The notes below the pieces were generated by a model. It saw nothing but the letters and a program-made list of their open reading frames with translations. It was not told where the DNA came from and did not search any database. Positions 49,961-59,797 of a DNA stretch of 62,525 nucleotides are shown here, one piece after another. The stretch is from NCBI GenBank assembly GCA_003140935.1, contig PLLJ01000037.1, positions 1-62,525 on the forward strand. Direction: 5' to 3'. The stretch comes from Candidatus Omnitrophota bacterium (GTDB lineage: Bacteria > Omnitrophota > Omnitrophia > Omnitrophales > Aquincolibacteriaceae). Made by a program: the position numbers and the translations under genes. Within the stretch, counting starts at the first letter, position 1. Every line of letters begins with the position of its first letter.

Positions 49961-51850
49961 TTAAAGTGCGTACACGCCTTTTTCGCCCGTACGAATGCGC
50001 ATAGCGCTTGAAGCATCGAACACGATGATCTTGCCATCCCCGATACTCCCGGTGCGCACGGCATTGGTAATCACTTGCATGGTCTTATTGACATCCCAAT
50101 CCCGGACCAGCACTTCGATCTTCACTTTCGGCTGAAACCGGATCGTTTCCTCATGGACGGGCAGGTCCTCTTCCGTCTCACCTTTTTGACGCCCGAAGCC
50201 GCGAACGTCAGTGACGGTCATGCCCACCACGAGTTCTTCCCTTTTAAGGGCCGCGGCCACATCTCCGAGCTGTTCGGGACGGATTACACAGGTCACTACC
50301 TTTACGCGGTAGGTTTTTTGAACGCTTGTGAGAAGCACATAGAACACACTGACCACTGCCCAAGCGCCGGCAATAATGAAGCATATCCGGGCTTCCGCCT
50401 TCGCGTCCGCATTCCCGATGATGTACAGATACAGGATGCCGATCACCATGACAATGTTGGCGATCAATCCTAACGCCGGGATCCAGCCGTGCTTCACAGC
50501 ACTGAAATCTTTGCGTTCCTTGAACGCGACAATGGTCCAGATGCAGGTCAGCCCGTATAAAATGAAAGTGCCAAGGTTCGACGCAAGCGTGATACCCGTC
50601 AGACCCACGACCGACCGCACACCGACTCCCGCAATGATGGAAGAAACAACGACCAGCACCCACAAAGCGATATGGGGCGTGCTGAACCCGGCATGCATGA
50701 AGCCCAGCATCTCCGGCAATTCCCGGTCTTCCGCCATGCCGCAGGTCACGCGTACCGCCGTGTTCATACAGCTCAGGGTCGTTCCCACGATCGCGATGGC
50801 CACCGTAAGCGCCATGGTGATCATCAATCCGAACCCGATCCCGGGGAGAACATTATCCCCTAACAGTTTTGCAAGATCTCCGATCGGAGCGCTTGATGCC
50901 GCCGCGGCCGCCATGCCGGTCACGGTAGCCGCTGGAGTTCCAGTCACGGCGGTTAATTTTTCGTTGATCATGAATCCCGCGGCAAAATATTGCAGCAGAT
51001 ACGCCGCGACCCCTTGAATAAGCAGGGAAAGGATAATGGCCTTAGGGATCGTATTCCCGGGATCTTTTGTTTCGGCGGATAAGGCCGTGCAACTTTCGAA
51101 CCCGACCAGGATCAAAATGGCGATGGTCGATTGCACCAGGACCCCTTGGAGTGAATGGATCTTGAAAATGTCAAAGCCGCTCGCGAACGCCCATTGGGTC
51201 GCGTGCTGAGGATTTGTGATGCGATAGTAGATGGCCAGGACGCTGAAAACGACCAGCGCCATTAATTGGATGATATTGATCCAGATATTCGTTTTCGTGG
51301 AACCGCTGACACCGCGGAAAGCGATATAGCCGGTGATTCCCGCGAAGGCGATGCCAATCAAGGTCAATGCATCGGCCGAAAGAGTGTGTCCCGTAAACTG
51401 CGTATAGATGTAGCCGATCAATGTCGCCATGAACGCCACCATGATCCCGGGATAGACCCAGTAGAACAGGTGAGCGGACCAGCCCGTGAGAAGTTTGGCA
51501 AAACGCGCAAGAGACGTCGGGGTATTATGGGTTTTATGCGTGGCACCCGCCTTATCCAGGAACGCTTTTTCCGCGAAATAACAGCAGCTTGCAAACCCGG
51601 CTTCCGGGTAAAGTTTTGCAAGCTGGGCATACGCAAGCGCCGTCAAAAAGGCCACGATCAGCGCGAGCACAATGCCGGGCCAAATATCGCTGGCAACCGA
51701 AGCACCACTCGGGGAGGTCGCAGCCGCTTGTAATTGATAAGTGATCCACAAGAACGCTCCCGGCGCGATCAACGCCATGGCATTCATCGTCGCGCCGAAA
51801 AGTCCCAGCGTCGGCTTGATATCCCTTGATGTGATGGTTTGTTTTGCCAT
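49961..51850 (-). CDS. APC-superfamily permease fused to a C-terminal P-II-like domain
   Basis: 629 aa. The first ~515 aa are polytopic membrane protein with an APC-like pattern. The last ~112 aa (about 49964-50305) are PII-like, with T-loop VRGFGRQKG and GDGKIIVF...MRIRTGE. Confidence 0.8.
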   Translation of the reverse strand: MAKQTITSRDIKPTLGLFGATMNAMALIAPGAFLWITYQLQAAATSPSGASVASDIWPGIVLALIVAFLTALAYAQLAKLYPEAGFASCCYFAEKAFLDKAGATHKTHNTPTSLARFAKLLTGWSAHLFYWVYPGIMVAFMATLIGYIYTQFTGHTLSADALTLIGIAFAGITGYIAFRGVSGSTKTNIWINIIQLMALVVFSVLAIYYRITNPQHATQWAFASGFDIFKIHSLQGVLVQSTIAILILVGFESCTALSAETKDPGNTIPKAIILSLLIQGVAAYLLQYFAAGFMINEKLTAVTGTPAATVTGMAAAAASSAPIGDLAKLLGDNVLPGIGFGLMITMALTVAIAIVGTTLSCMNTAVRVTCGMAEDRELPEMLGFMHAGFSTPHIALWVLVVVSSIIAGVGVRSVVGLTGITLASNLGTFILYGLTCIWTIVAFKERKDFSAVKHGWIPALGLIANIVMVIGILYLYIIGNADAKAEARICFIIAGAWAVVSVFYVLLTSVQKTYRVKVVTCVIRPEQLGDVAAALKREELVVGMTVTDVRGFGRQKGETEEDLPVHEETIRFQPKVKIEVLVRDWDVNKTMQVITNAVRTGSIGDGKIIVFDASSAMRIRTGEKGVYAL

Positions 51851-52171
51851 ATAAATCCTCCCTTGATTCGATTTCGTTCTTTGAATGATCTCAGGAGGTT
51901 AAGAGCAATTCCCGTGCCAATATGCATTTCCTATCTATAAATATCCCCTGGGAAATCTTCCAGATTCTCACAAGTCTACTTTTTTGTCGTTAAGCATCAT
52001 TTTTGTAATGTCCTTTATGCTTCTTAAGGATCCCTGTTCCCAAGAAATCCATAGGAAGTAAGTGACACAAAAATCGCGCCCTCTATTTTCCCGAAGTCCC
52101 AAAACATACCCTCGAAAAATCCTGTTGTCCCAGGAAAAGAAGCTTATAATTATCTTCCATCAGGAGCTCGC

Positions 52172-53668
52172 ATGAAACACATCCAAAACTGGAACTCTTA
52201 TTCCAAAAGCCTCATGCTTGTCGTGGCCGCCTCTCTTTTAGGAGAAGGAGTTCAGCGCTTTCTTGCGCCGACCAATCTTGTCATGCTTTACTTATTGGTC
52301 GTGGTCGTTTCCGCGATCCGGTGGGGCCGCGGTCCGGCCGTCTTTGCTTCATTTATGAGCGTTCTCGCATTCGATTTCTTGTTCGTACCCCCCCGCCTTA
52401 ATTTTTCAGTGGCTGACAGCCAGTATCTTCTCACCTTCGCGGGGTTATTGATCGTTGCGCTTGTGATCAGCGCTCTGGCAGCCCGCGCAAGAGACCGTGC
52501 TCTGGAGGCAAATCAACGGGAAATCCAAGCCACCCTTTTATACAATTTGAGCCGGGATCTCGCAACAGCTCTCGATTTAAAAGCAGTGCTGAAGATCCTT
52601 GGAGATCATGCGCACCATATTGTCAGCACCGATGTCGCTCTTTTCTTGCCTGAAGATAAAGGTTTGAAAGAATGTTATACCAGCTCCGGTTTTCTTGTCG
52701 GGGAAAATGAGATCGCTGTTGCCACTCTTGCCTTTCAAAAAAATCTTCCTGCGGGTCGCGGAACAGAGACCCTTCCCTCCTCCAGCGCCCAGTACCTTCC
52801 CCTCAAAACGACTCAAGGTATTTCTGGGGTTTTGGCTTATAAGTTTAATGATGATCTGAGTAAAGAAAACGAACGATTACTTCAGGCCCTCACGAACCAA
52901 GCCGCCGTGGCCATTGACCGTGCCCTCTTGGCAGAAAAAGCGCATCAGATAGAACTATTGAAAGAAACGGAGAAACTCCAAAAACTCCTTTTAAACTCTG
53001 TCTCCCATGACCTTAGGACCCCTCTTGTTTCCATCAAAGGCGCGCTTAGCTCGCTTTTGGAGAATGATGCCCTGGATCCCGAGACGCGCAGGGAGCTCCT
53101 GGAGAATGCGTATGAAGAATCCGACCGATTGAATCAGATCGTCGGTAATTTACTGGACATGACTCGCGTCGAAACAGGCACTCTGAAAATAGTGAAGAAA
53201 CCCTGCGATCTTAGCGACGTGATCGGGGTTTCTTTACAACAGATCCCAAAAGAACGGCTTGGCAAGCATCCGATCGTCATCCATATTCCGCCGGAGTTCC
53301 CGGAGATCCTGATGGACCTTTCCCTCATGGTGAAAACCTTCATGAATATCCTCGATAATGCGTTGAAATATTCCCCGGCGGATGCCGCAGTAGAAATTAA
53401 GGCTGAGATCGTTAACGATCGGGCCCACATCGAGTTCATGGATCATGGCATCGGGATACCCCCCAAAGATCTGCACCGTATCTTTGATAAGTTTTTCCGA
53501 AGCGAGCACAGTCATAAAGTTCCGGGGACCGGGTTAGGGCTGGCGATTTGCAAGGGCGTCGTGGAAGCCCATCAAGGAGAGATCCGGGTTGAAAGCCGGC
53601 TGAACGAAGGTACCCGGATCGTCGTATCCTTGCCCTTTCCTCATATTCCTGAAAAAGGCGAACGCTAA
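52172..53668 (+). CDS. kdpD: KdpD-like sensor histidine kinase lacking the N-terminal KdpD/Usp sensor domains
   Basis: 498 aa. It has the KdpD-type 4-TM region (LVMLYLLVVVVSAIRWGRGPA...), a GAF-like linker, H-box SVSHDLRTPL (His codon about 53006-53008), N-box NALKYSP, and G-boxes DHGIGI and GTGLGLAI. Confidence 0.8.
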   Translation: MKHIQNWNSYSKSLMLVVAASLLGEGVQRFLAPTNLVMLYLLVVVVSAIRWGRGPAVFASFMSVLAFDFLFVPPRLNFSVADSQYLLTFAGLLIVALVISALAARARDRALEANQREIQATLLYNLSRDLATALDLKAVLKILGDHAHHIVSTDVALFLPEDKGLKECYTSSGFLVGENEIAVATLAFQKNLPAGRGTETLPSSSAQYLPLKTTQGISGVLAYKFNDDLSKENERLLQALTNQAAVAIDRALLAEKAHQIELLKETEKLQKLLLNSVSHDLRTPLVSIKGALSSLLENDALDPETRRELLENAYEESDRLNQIVGNLLDMTRVETGTLKIVKKPCDLSDVIGVSLQQIPKERLGKHPIVIHIPPEFPEILMDLSLMVKTFMNILDNALKYSPADAAVEIKAEIVNDRAHIEFMDHGIGIPPKDLHRIFDKFFRSEHSHKVPGTGLGLAICKGVVEAHQGEIRVESRLNEGTRIVVSLPFPHIPEKGER

Positions 53669-54370
53669 ATGACCAAACCTGATGCGTTACGTATCCTGAT
53701 CGTGGATGACGAAAAATCCATTCGTCGTTTCCTGAAAACCACGCTCCATGCCCAGGGTTTCCAGGTTTTCGAAGCGGCCACAGGCCAGGAGGCTTTGCAA
53801 AATTCTGTCGCGGACCATCCCGATGCCTTGATCCTTGATCTCGGGCTGCCGGACATGGATGGCATTGAAGTCACTCGCGAGATCCGGAAAAGGTCCCAGA
53901 TCCCTATTGTTATTCTGTCCGTCCGAGAACAAGAAGCGGACAAGATCGCGGCCCTGGATGCCGGAGCCGATGATTATTTAACGAAACCCTTCAGTTCAGG
54001 CGAATTATTGGCCCGATTACGCGCCGTCATGAGACGTTTATTGCCTCAGGAAGAAGCTCAGGTTTTGAAGGTCGGGAAATTGACCGCGGATCTTTCCAAG
54101 CGCATTATTTGTATTAAAGATCAGCCGGTAAAATTAACACCTACGGAATATGATGTCCTCAAAGTGCTTGTCCTGAACTCCGGAAAAGTGGTCACGCACC
54201 GTCATCTTTTACAGGCGGTTTGGAACAAAACAGAAGACTTGGAGGGCGTCGCACACCTTTTACGCGTAACCATGAGCAATTTACGCAGCAAGATCGAAAC
54301 CGACCCGAACCGTCCCTTCTATATACTGACCGAACCTGGCATTGGCTATCGTCTTCGCTCAGAGCCATAA
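53669..54370 (+). CDS. kdpE: OmpR-family response regulator KdpE
   Basis: 233 aa with a receiver domain (ILIVDDE, ILDLGLPDMDG) and a winged-helix output domain. It starts one nt after the kinase stop. Confidence 0.9.
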   Translation: MTKPDALRILIVDDEKSIRRFLKTTLHAQGFQVFEAATGQEALQNSVADHPDALILDLGLPDMDGIEVTREIRKRSQIPIVILSVREQEADKIAALDAGADDYLTKPFSSGELLARLRAVMRRLLPQEEAQVLKVGKLTADLSKRIICIKDQPVKLTPTEYDVLKVLVLNSGKVVTHRHLLQAVWNKTEDLEGVAHLLRVTMSNLRSKIETDPNRPFYILTEPGIGYRLRSEP

Positions 54371-54498
54371 CTCCCTACGACCCCATTGGTTACACTCGCC
54401 CTATTTTTGACGTCTTCTTGACTTGTTGTCTTTTGGTTTTGGATCTAAAGTTAATTCGGAAGTTACAAATCACCGAAATCCTTTAAGGAGGATCTTAT

Positions 54499-54588
54499 AT
54501 GAAAGACGGGATGGTTTATTGGACGGGCGTTACGGTAACGTTTTTGCTAAGCGCTTATCTTGTTATAGGATTGTTCCTTTTAAAATAA
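54499..54588 (+). CDS. 29-aa hydrophobic mini-protein (KdpF-like paralog)
   Basis: MKDGMVYWTGVTVTFLLSAYLVIGLFLLK, with a strong SD (AAGGAGGA) 6-7 nt upstream. Confidence 0.45.
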   Translation: MKDGMVYWTGVTVTFLLSAYLVIGLFLLK

Positions 54589-54616
54589 GATAAAAAACGA
54601 AAAGGTTGGGTGGATT

Positions 54617-54901
54617 ATGAAAGAAAGCGGTTATATCACGTTCTATGTTTTCATCAGCTTTTTAGCCTTTGGGCTATGTACGCCATTGCTGGCCGGCCCC
54701 ATGAGACCGATCGTTGAGGAAAAGGAAGAAAAACAGATCTCCACTGAAGAAGCGAAAGAAGAATTACAGCAATTGCAAAAACAGGTCAAGAACAATATCG
54801 AAAAAACAGAACAGATACGGTCTGAAGAAAAACGGCAGGAAGCTATGCTGAAAGATACCAAAGATAAATTGCACCAAATAGAGGAACGATTGCCTTCTTA
54901 A
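54617..54901 (+). CDS. Hypothetical small coiled-coil protein with N-terminal hydrophobic segment
   Basis: 94 aa with a hydrophobic N-terminus followed by an E/K/Q-rich helix. The SD is weak. Confidence 0.35.
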   Translation: MKESGYITFYVFISFLAFGLCTPLLAGPMRPIVEEKEEKQISTEEAKEELQQLQKQVKNNIEKTEQIRSEEKRQEAMLKDTKDKLHQIEERLPS

Positions 54902-54925
54902 CCCAAGGCGAAAAAGAGGCCCATC

Positions 54926-55006
54926 ATGGATCTATTAATGCTAGGAATGATGATCGGATTTCTGGTTCTCACGATCGGTTTTATTGTTCTGTGCGACAAA
55001 ATTTGA
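54926..55006 (+). CDS. 26-aa hydrophobic mini-protein
   Basis: MDLLMLGMMIGFLVLTIGFIVLCDKI, with AAGAGG upstream. Confidence 0.35.
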   Translation: MDLLMLGMMIGFLVLTIGFIVLCDKI

Positions 55007-55016
55007 GGGGGAGTTT

Positions 55017-55106
55017 ATGCCATTGATTTACTGGATTGGCAGCATCGTTTCCGTGGGTTTGTTTATTTATCTTCTTATTGCGCTCCTCAAACCAGAGATA
55101 TTTTAA
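55017..55106 (+). CDS. kdpF: Potassium-transporting ATPase subunit F
   Basis: 29 aa: MPLIYWIGSIVSVGLFIYLLIALLKPEIF. The single TM helix and the C-terminal LL.PE.F ending are typical of KdpF. GGGGGAG lies upstream. Confidence 0.65.
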   Translation: MPLIYWIGSIVSVGLFIYLLIALLKPEIF

Positions 55107-55202
55107 TAAAGCTTTTTACTGGCTCGGCGTGGAAGTTGTTTTTGTCTTAGCGGCTTACCTTGCCGTTGGATTTCTTGTTAAAGATTAAAGGAGAGTGAAA
55201 GC

Positions 55203-57275
55203 ATGAGTACACACAAAGCAAGATCCTTATTTGACCCGGCAATAGCGGTTCCGGCAGCTATGGATTCTTTGAAAAAGCTGGATCCCCGGCACCAGATCAA
55301 AAATCCGGTGATGTTTGTGGTTTTCATAGGGAGCATTTTGACTACCGGACTTTATTTTCAGGCACTAAGGGGGCATGGCGAGGCAAGTGCCAGCTTCATT
55401 TTAGCTATTACACTCTGGCTTTGGTTTACGCTGATTTTCGCCAATTTTGCCGAAGCCATGGCGGAAGGACGAGGGAAAGCACAGGCCGCGAATCTCAAAA
55501 AAGCCCGCAAGGATACGCCGGCCAAAAAGTTATCCAAACCACACTATGGCGCCAAATATGAAACTGCTTCGGCAGCGACCCTTCACAAAGGAGATGTAGT
55601 CCTCGTCGAAACCGGAGACTTCATCCCCATGGACGGAGAGATCATCGAAGGGGTGGCTTCTGTGGACGAAAGTGCGATCACCGGAGAAAGCGCTCCTGTG
55701 ATCCGTGAAGCCGGCGGGGACCGGAGCGCAGTGACCGGCGGAACGCGCGTTCTATCGGATTGGCTTGTGGTCCGGATCAGCTCCAATCCCGGCGAAACAT
55801 TCCTGGACCGGATGATCGCCATGGTGGAAGGTGCCAAACGGCAGAAAACTCCGAACGAGATCGCACTTAATATTTTGCTGGCCGCGCTTACGATCGTCTT
55901 ATTTTGGGCCACTGTAACGCTCCTGCCTTATTCCATTTATAGTGTCGTGACTGCCGGCAAGGGAACGGTGGTGACGGTCACGGTGCTTGTGGCGCTTCTT
56001 GTGTGTCTGATCCCCACCACGATCGGCGGCCTTCTTTCCGCGATCGGCATCGCAGGCATGGATCGCATGATCCAAGCCAATGTGATCGCGATGTCCGGAC
56101 GCGCGGTCGAAGCGGCAGGCGATGTGGATGTGTTGCTTCTTGATAAAACAGGGACCATCACGCTTGGGAACCGCCAGGCCGTGGCTTTTATTCCGGCGCA
56201 AGACGTCACTAAAGAAGAATTGGCCGATGCCGCGCAACTCGCTTCACTTTCCGATGAAACACCGGAAGGCCGGAGTATCGTGGTGCTTGCCAAAGAAAAA
56301 TACGGGATCCGGGAGCGCAAGATCCATGAATTGGGAGCAACTTTTATTCCATTCACCGCACAGACCCGCATGAGTGGTGTGGATCTCGGGAATGGCCGTG
56401 AGATCCGCAAAGGATCCTCGGACGCGATCGAGGCTTATGTCCAAAAATCAGGCGGTTCTTTCCCGGCGGACCTGCGATCCAATATTGATTCGATCTCAAA
56501 AGGAGGCGGAACGCCGCTCGTCGTGGCAGAACACAGCCGTGTCCTGGGTGTAATCCAGCTCAAAGACATAGTCAAAGGCGGCATCAAAGAACGCTTCGCG
56601 GAACTCCGCCGCATGGGGATCAAAACCATCATGATCACGGGAGATAATCCCCTCACTGCAGCCGCGATCGCAGCCGAAGCGGGCATGGATGACTTCCTCG
56701 CTCAAGCAACCCCCGAGACCAAGCTTAAATTGATCCGTGATATGCAGTCCGGCGGACGACTGGTCGCGATGACGGGCGACGGTACCAATGATGCGCCCGC
56801 GCTTGCACAGGCCGACGTCGCGGTCGCAATGAACACGGGAACGCAGGCCGCGAAAGAAGCGGGCAATATGGTGGATCTGGATTCCAATCCCACGAAACTG
56901 ATCGAAGTCGTGCAGATTGGAAAACAATTGCTCATGACGCGCGGGTCTCTCACGACTTTCAGCATTGCGAATGATGTTTCCAAATATTTCGCAATTATTC
57001 CCGCGGCATTTGTGAGCACCTACCCCGTGCTGGGGAAACTCAACATCATGCATCTCGCGTCGCCCGAAAGCGCGGTGCTTTCGGCGATCATTTTTAACGC
57101 AATCATTATTGTCGCTCTGATTCCGCTCGCGCTTCGTGGCATACGGTATAAACCCATGCCTGCAAGCCGCCTGCTGCGTGACAATATTCTTATTTACGGG
57201 ATCGGCGGCATTATTGCGCCGTTTATCGGGATCAAGCTGATTGACATGCTGCTTGTTGCACTACATTTGACCTAA
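55203..57275 (+). CDS. kdpB: Potassium-transporting ATPase ATP-binding subunit B (P-type ATPase)
   Basis: 690 aa with the phosphorylation motif [20 protein letters not shown] and [10 protein letters not shown]. Confidence 0.97.
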   Translation: MSTHKARSLFDPAIAVPAAMDSLKKLDPRHQIKNPVMFVVFIGSILTTGLYFQALRGHGEASASFILAITLWLWFTLIFANFAEAMAEGRGKAQAANLKKARKDTPAKKLSKPHYGAKYETASAATLHKGDVVLVETGDFIPMDGEIIEGVASVDESAITGESAPVIREAGGDRSAVTGGTRVLSDWLVVRISSNPGETFLDRMIAMVEGAKRQKTPNEIALNILLAALTIVLFWATVTLLPYSIYSVVTAGKGTVVTVTVLVALLVCLIPTTIGGLLSAIGIAGMDRMIQANVIAMSGRAVEAAGDVDVLLLDKTGTITLGNRQAVAFIPAQDVTKEELADAAQLASLSDETPEGRSIVVLAKEKYGIRERKIHELGATFIPFTAQTRMSGVDLGNGREIRKGSSDAIEAYVQKSGGSFPADLRSNIDSISKGGGTPLVVAEHSRVLGVIQLKDIVKGGIKERFAELRRMGIKTIMITGDNPLTAAAIAAEAGMDDFLAQATPETKLKLIRDMQSGGRLVAMTGDGTNDAPALAQADVAVAMNTGTQAAKEAGNMVDLDSNPTKLIEVVQIGKQLLMTRGSLTTFSIANDVSKYFAIIPAAFVSTYPVLGKLNIMHLASPESAVLSAIIFNAIIIVALIPLALRGIRYKPMPASRLLRDNILIYGIGGIIAPFIGIKLIDMLLVALHLT

Positions 57276-57330
57276 CCCTGAGACTGATGTCTCAGGGCCA
57301 TAAACGGATCGAAACTTGAAGTTTCGATCC
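57276..57330 (+). other. Two perfect hairpins in the kdpB-kdpC spacer
   Basis: CCCTGAGAC-TGAT-GTCTCAGGG (57276-57297) and GGATCGAAACT-TGA-AGTTTCGATCC (57306-57330). The second abuts the kdpC SD (AGGAGG). Confidence 0.6.
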
Positions 57331-57345
57331 ATAGGAGGAAAGACC

Positions 57346-57921
57346 ATGATACGTGAACAGATCCGACCCGCTTTATTCTCGTTTGTGTTGCTAACCCTGA
57401 TCACAGGGGTCCTTTATCCGCTTTCTGTGACGGGAATCGCCAAAGTTTTTTTTAGGAACCAGTCGGAAGGGAGCCTGATTTTAAAAAATGGAAAAGCTGT
57501 TGGGTCCGAGCACATCGGCCAGCCTTTTGATGCCCCTCAATATTTGTGGGGACGTCCCTCAGCAACCTCGCCGGCCTTTAATGCTTCCTCTTCTTCCGGA
57601 TCGAATTACGGTCCCATGCATGCGGATTATCTCAAAGCCGTGGGAGACCGGGCCAAGGCATTGAAAGACGCTGACCCCTCTCATCAGGCGCATGTCCCCG
57701 TGGATCTTGTGACTGCTTCAGGAAGCGGGCTTGATCCGCAGATCAGTTTGGCGGGGGCCTATTATCAGGTTTCGAGAATTGCCAGGATAAGAGGAATATC
57801 TGAAGACAAAATAAAAAAGATCATTGAAAAAAATACCCAAGGACGTTTTCTTGGGCTGCTGGGAGAGCCGGCGGTGAATGTTTTAAAAGTGAATCTTGAT
57901 CTGGATGAGGTGAAAAAATGA
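57346..57921 (+). CDS. kdpC: Potassium-transporting ATPase subunit C
   Basis: The start MIREQIRPALFSFVLLTLITGVLYPL (single TM) has AGGAGG upstream. The C-terminal pattern is VPVDLVTASGSGLDPQIS. The ORF-track TTG at 57316 is rejected. Confidence 0.9.
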   Translation: MIREQIRPALFSFVLLTLITGVLYPLSVTGIAKVFFRNQSEGSLILKNGKAVGSEHIGQPFDAPQYLWGRPSATSPAFNASSSSGSNYGPMHADYLKAVGDRAKALKDADPSHQAHVPVDLVTASGSGLDPQISLAGAYYQVSRIARIRGISEDKIKKIIEKNTQGRFLGLLGEPAVNVLKVNLDLDEVKK

Positions 57922-59723
57922 GTACGAACGATTATATTCAATGTTTCATTTATATGGCGGTGTTGCTCTTGCTCGCCAAACCGCTTGGAATTTACATGGC
58001 CCGAGTGATGGAAGGAGAATCCAGGGCGAACCGCTGGTTCAAGCCTGCGGAGTCTTTCATTTATAAGGTTTGCGGCGTGAATCCTGCACGCGCCGAAATG
58101 AATTGGAAGACGTATGCGGTTGCTTTTATGGCGTTCAATGCCCTGGGAATTTTTGTGGTCTATGCCATCCAACGGCTGCAGAATATTCTGCCTCTCAATC
58201 CCATGGGCATGGCCGCGGTGTCGGCAGATTCTTCGTTCAATACGGCCATCAGTTTTGCCACCAACACGAATTGGCAGGGCTATGGCGGCGAGAGTACCCT
58301 GAGTTACTTTACACAAATGATCGCTCTGGGTGTCCAAAACTTTGTGTCCGCTGCGAGCGGTATCGCCGTTCTTTTTGCCGTGATCCGCGGTTTTATTCGC
58401 AAGCAAACGGAAAATATCGGCAATTTCTGGATGGATCTTGTCCGCAGCACGCTTTACATCTTGCTGCCGCTTTCTATTGTGTCGGCGACTCTTTTAGTCT
58501 CGCAAGGTGTACCCCAAACTTTCAAGCCTTCTCCCAAGGCATCTCTTGTGCAGCCTACGAGCTATGATCAACCGGTGACGGACAAGGATGGCAAACCGGT
58601 TCTGGATGAAAAAGGACAGCCCAAAACGCAAAAAGCAATGCTCACAGAACAGGTGATCGCCGTGGGGCCGGTAGCTTCTCAAATCGCGATCAAACAACTC
58701 GGAACCAATGGCGGCGGTTATTACAATGCGAATTCCGCGCATCCGCTTGAGAATCCGACACCATTTTCTAATTTTGTTGAAATGCTCTCGCTTACTTTGA
58801 TCGCAGCAGCGCTTTGTTGTAGTTTTGGTTACAGGGTCAAGGACACGCGGCAGGGCTGGGCGCTTTTGATCGCGATGACCATTATTTTCGTGCCGCTGCT
58901 CTGGGTTTGTACGCATTCCGAACAAACGGGTAATCCTCTTCTGGCGAAGATGGGTATTGATCAATCCGCGACCGCGCTTCAGCCGGGAGGAAACATGGAG
59001 GGCAAGGAAACCAGGTTTGGAATCGTGAGCTCCACGATATGGGCTTCGGCCACGACCGCTGTTTCCAACGGTTCGGTCAACTCCATGCATGATTCTTTTA
59101 CGCCACTGGGAGGTTTGGTTCCGATGTGGCTGATGGAGCTGGGGGAAGTGGTCTATGGAGGCGTGGGATCCGGTCTTTACGGGATGCTTGCCTTTGTCAT
59201 TGTAGCCGTTTTTGTCGGAGGATTGATGGTGGGCCGGACGCCGGAATATCTGGGCAAGAAGATCGAATCCTACGAAATGAAAATGGCCTCGATCATGATC
59301 TTGATCCCGCCGATCCTTGCGGTTTTGGGAACGGCGATTGCAGTGGTGGCCCCCGGAGGAAAAGCCAACATTTTCAATCCGGGCATCCATGGATTCAGCG
59401 AAGTGCTCTATGCCTTTTCATCGACAAGCAACAATAATGGAAGCGCTTTCGCGGGTCTGGGTGCCAATAATATTTTTTATAACACGATCCTTGGGATCTG
59501 CATGTTCTTCGCGCGCTACTGGCTGGCCATTCCCATCCTTGCGATCGCCGGCTCTCTTGCCAAGAAGAAAATTGTTCCGGTGAGTTCGGGGACTCTTCCG
59601 ACTCATACGCCGCTTTTTATTTTCTTTCTTGTGGGCATCGTGATCCTTGTCGGGGCCTTGACCTTTTTCCCGGCGCTGGCGCTTGGACCGATCGTGGAAC
59701 ATTTGACCCTTGCGGCAGTTTAG
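57918..59723 (+). CDS. kdpA: Potassium-transporting ATPase subunit A
   Basis: 601 aa, polytopic, with KdpA selectivity-filter-like segments (NTNWQGYGGE, GTNGGG, SNNGSAFAG). Its start overlaps the kdpC stop (ATGA). Confidence 0.95.
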   Translation: MSTNDYIQCFIYMAVLLLLAKPLGIYMARVMEGESRANRWFKPAESFIYKVCGVNPARAEMNWKTYAVAFMAFNALGIFVVYAIQRLQNILPLNPMGMAAVSADSSFNTAISFATNTNWQGYGGESTLSYFTQMIALGVQNFVSAASGIAVLFAVIRGFIRKQTENIGNFWMDLVRSTLYILLPLSIVSATLLVSQGVPQTFKPSPKASLVQPTSYDQPVTDKDGKPVLDEKGQPKTQKAMLTEQVIAVGPVASQIAIKQLGTNGGGYYNANSAHPLENPTPFSNFVEMLSLTLIAAALCCSFGYRVKDTRQGWALLIAMTIIFVPLLWVCTHSEQTGNPLLAKMGIDQSATALQPGGNMEGKETRFGIVSSTIWASATTAVSNGSVNSMHDSFTPLGGLVPMWLMELGEVVYGGVGSGLYGMLAFVIVAVFVGGLMVGRTPEYLGKKIESYEMKMASIMILIPPILAVLGTAIAVVAPGGKANIFNPGIHGFSEVLYAFSSTSNNNGSAFAGLGANNIFYNTILGICMFFARYWLAIPILAIAGSLAKKKIVPVSSGTLPTHTPLFIFFLVGIVILVGALTFFPALALGPIVEHLTLAAV

Positions 59724-59797
59724 ACAGATCGCCATGCAGAGTATCGTTCAGCTCAGATTTTGTTTCTTTTTTTTCGATCGGAGCCCTGAGCGCAAGT

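Noticed and set aside
57316-57345. TTG-initiated 10-codon extension of kdpC
   Set aside because: The extension lies inside the perfect hairpin at 57306-57330 and includes the AGGAGG SD that serves the ATG at 57346.
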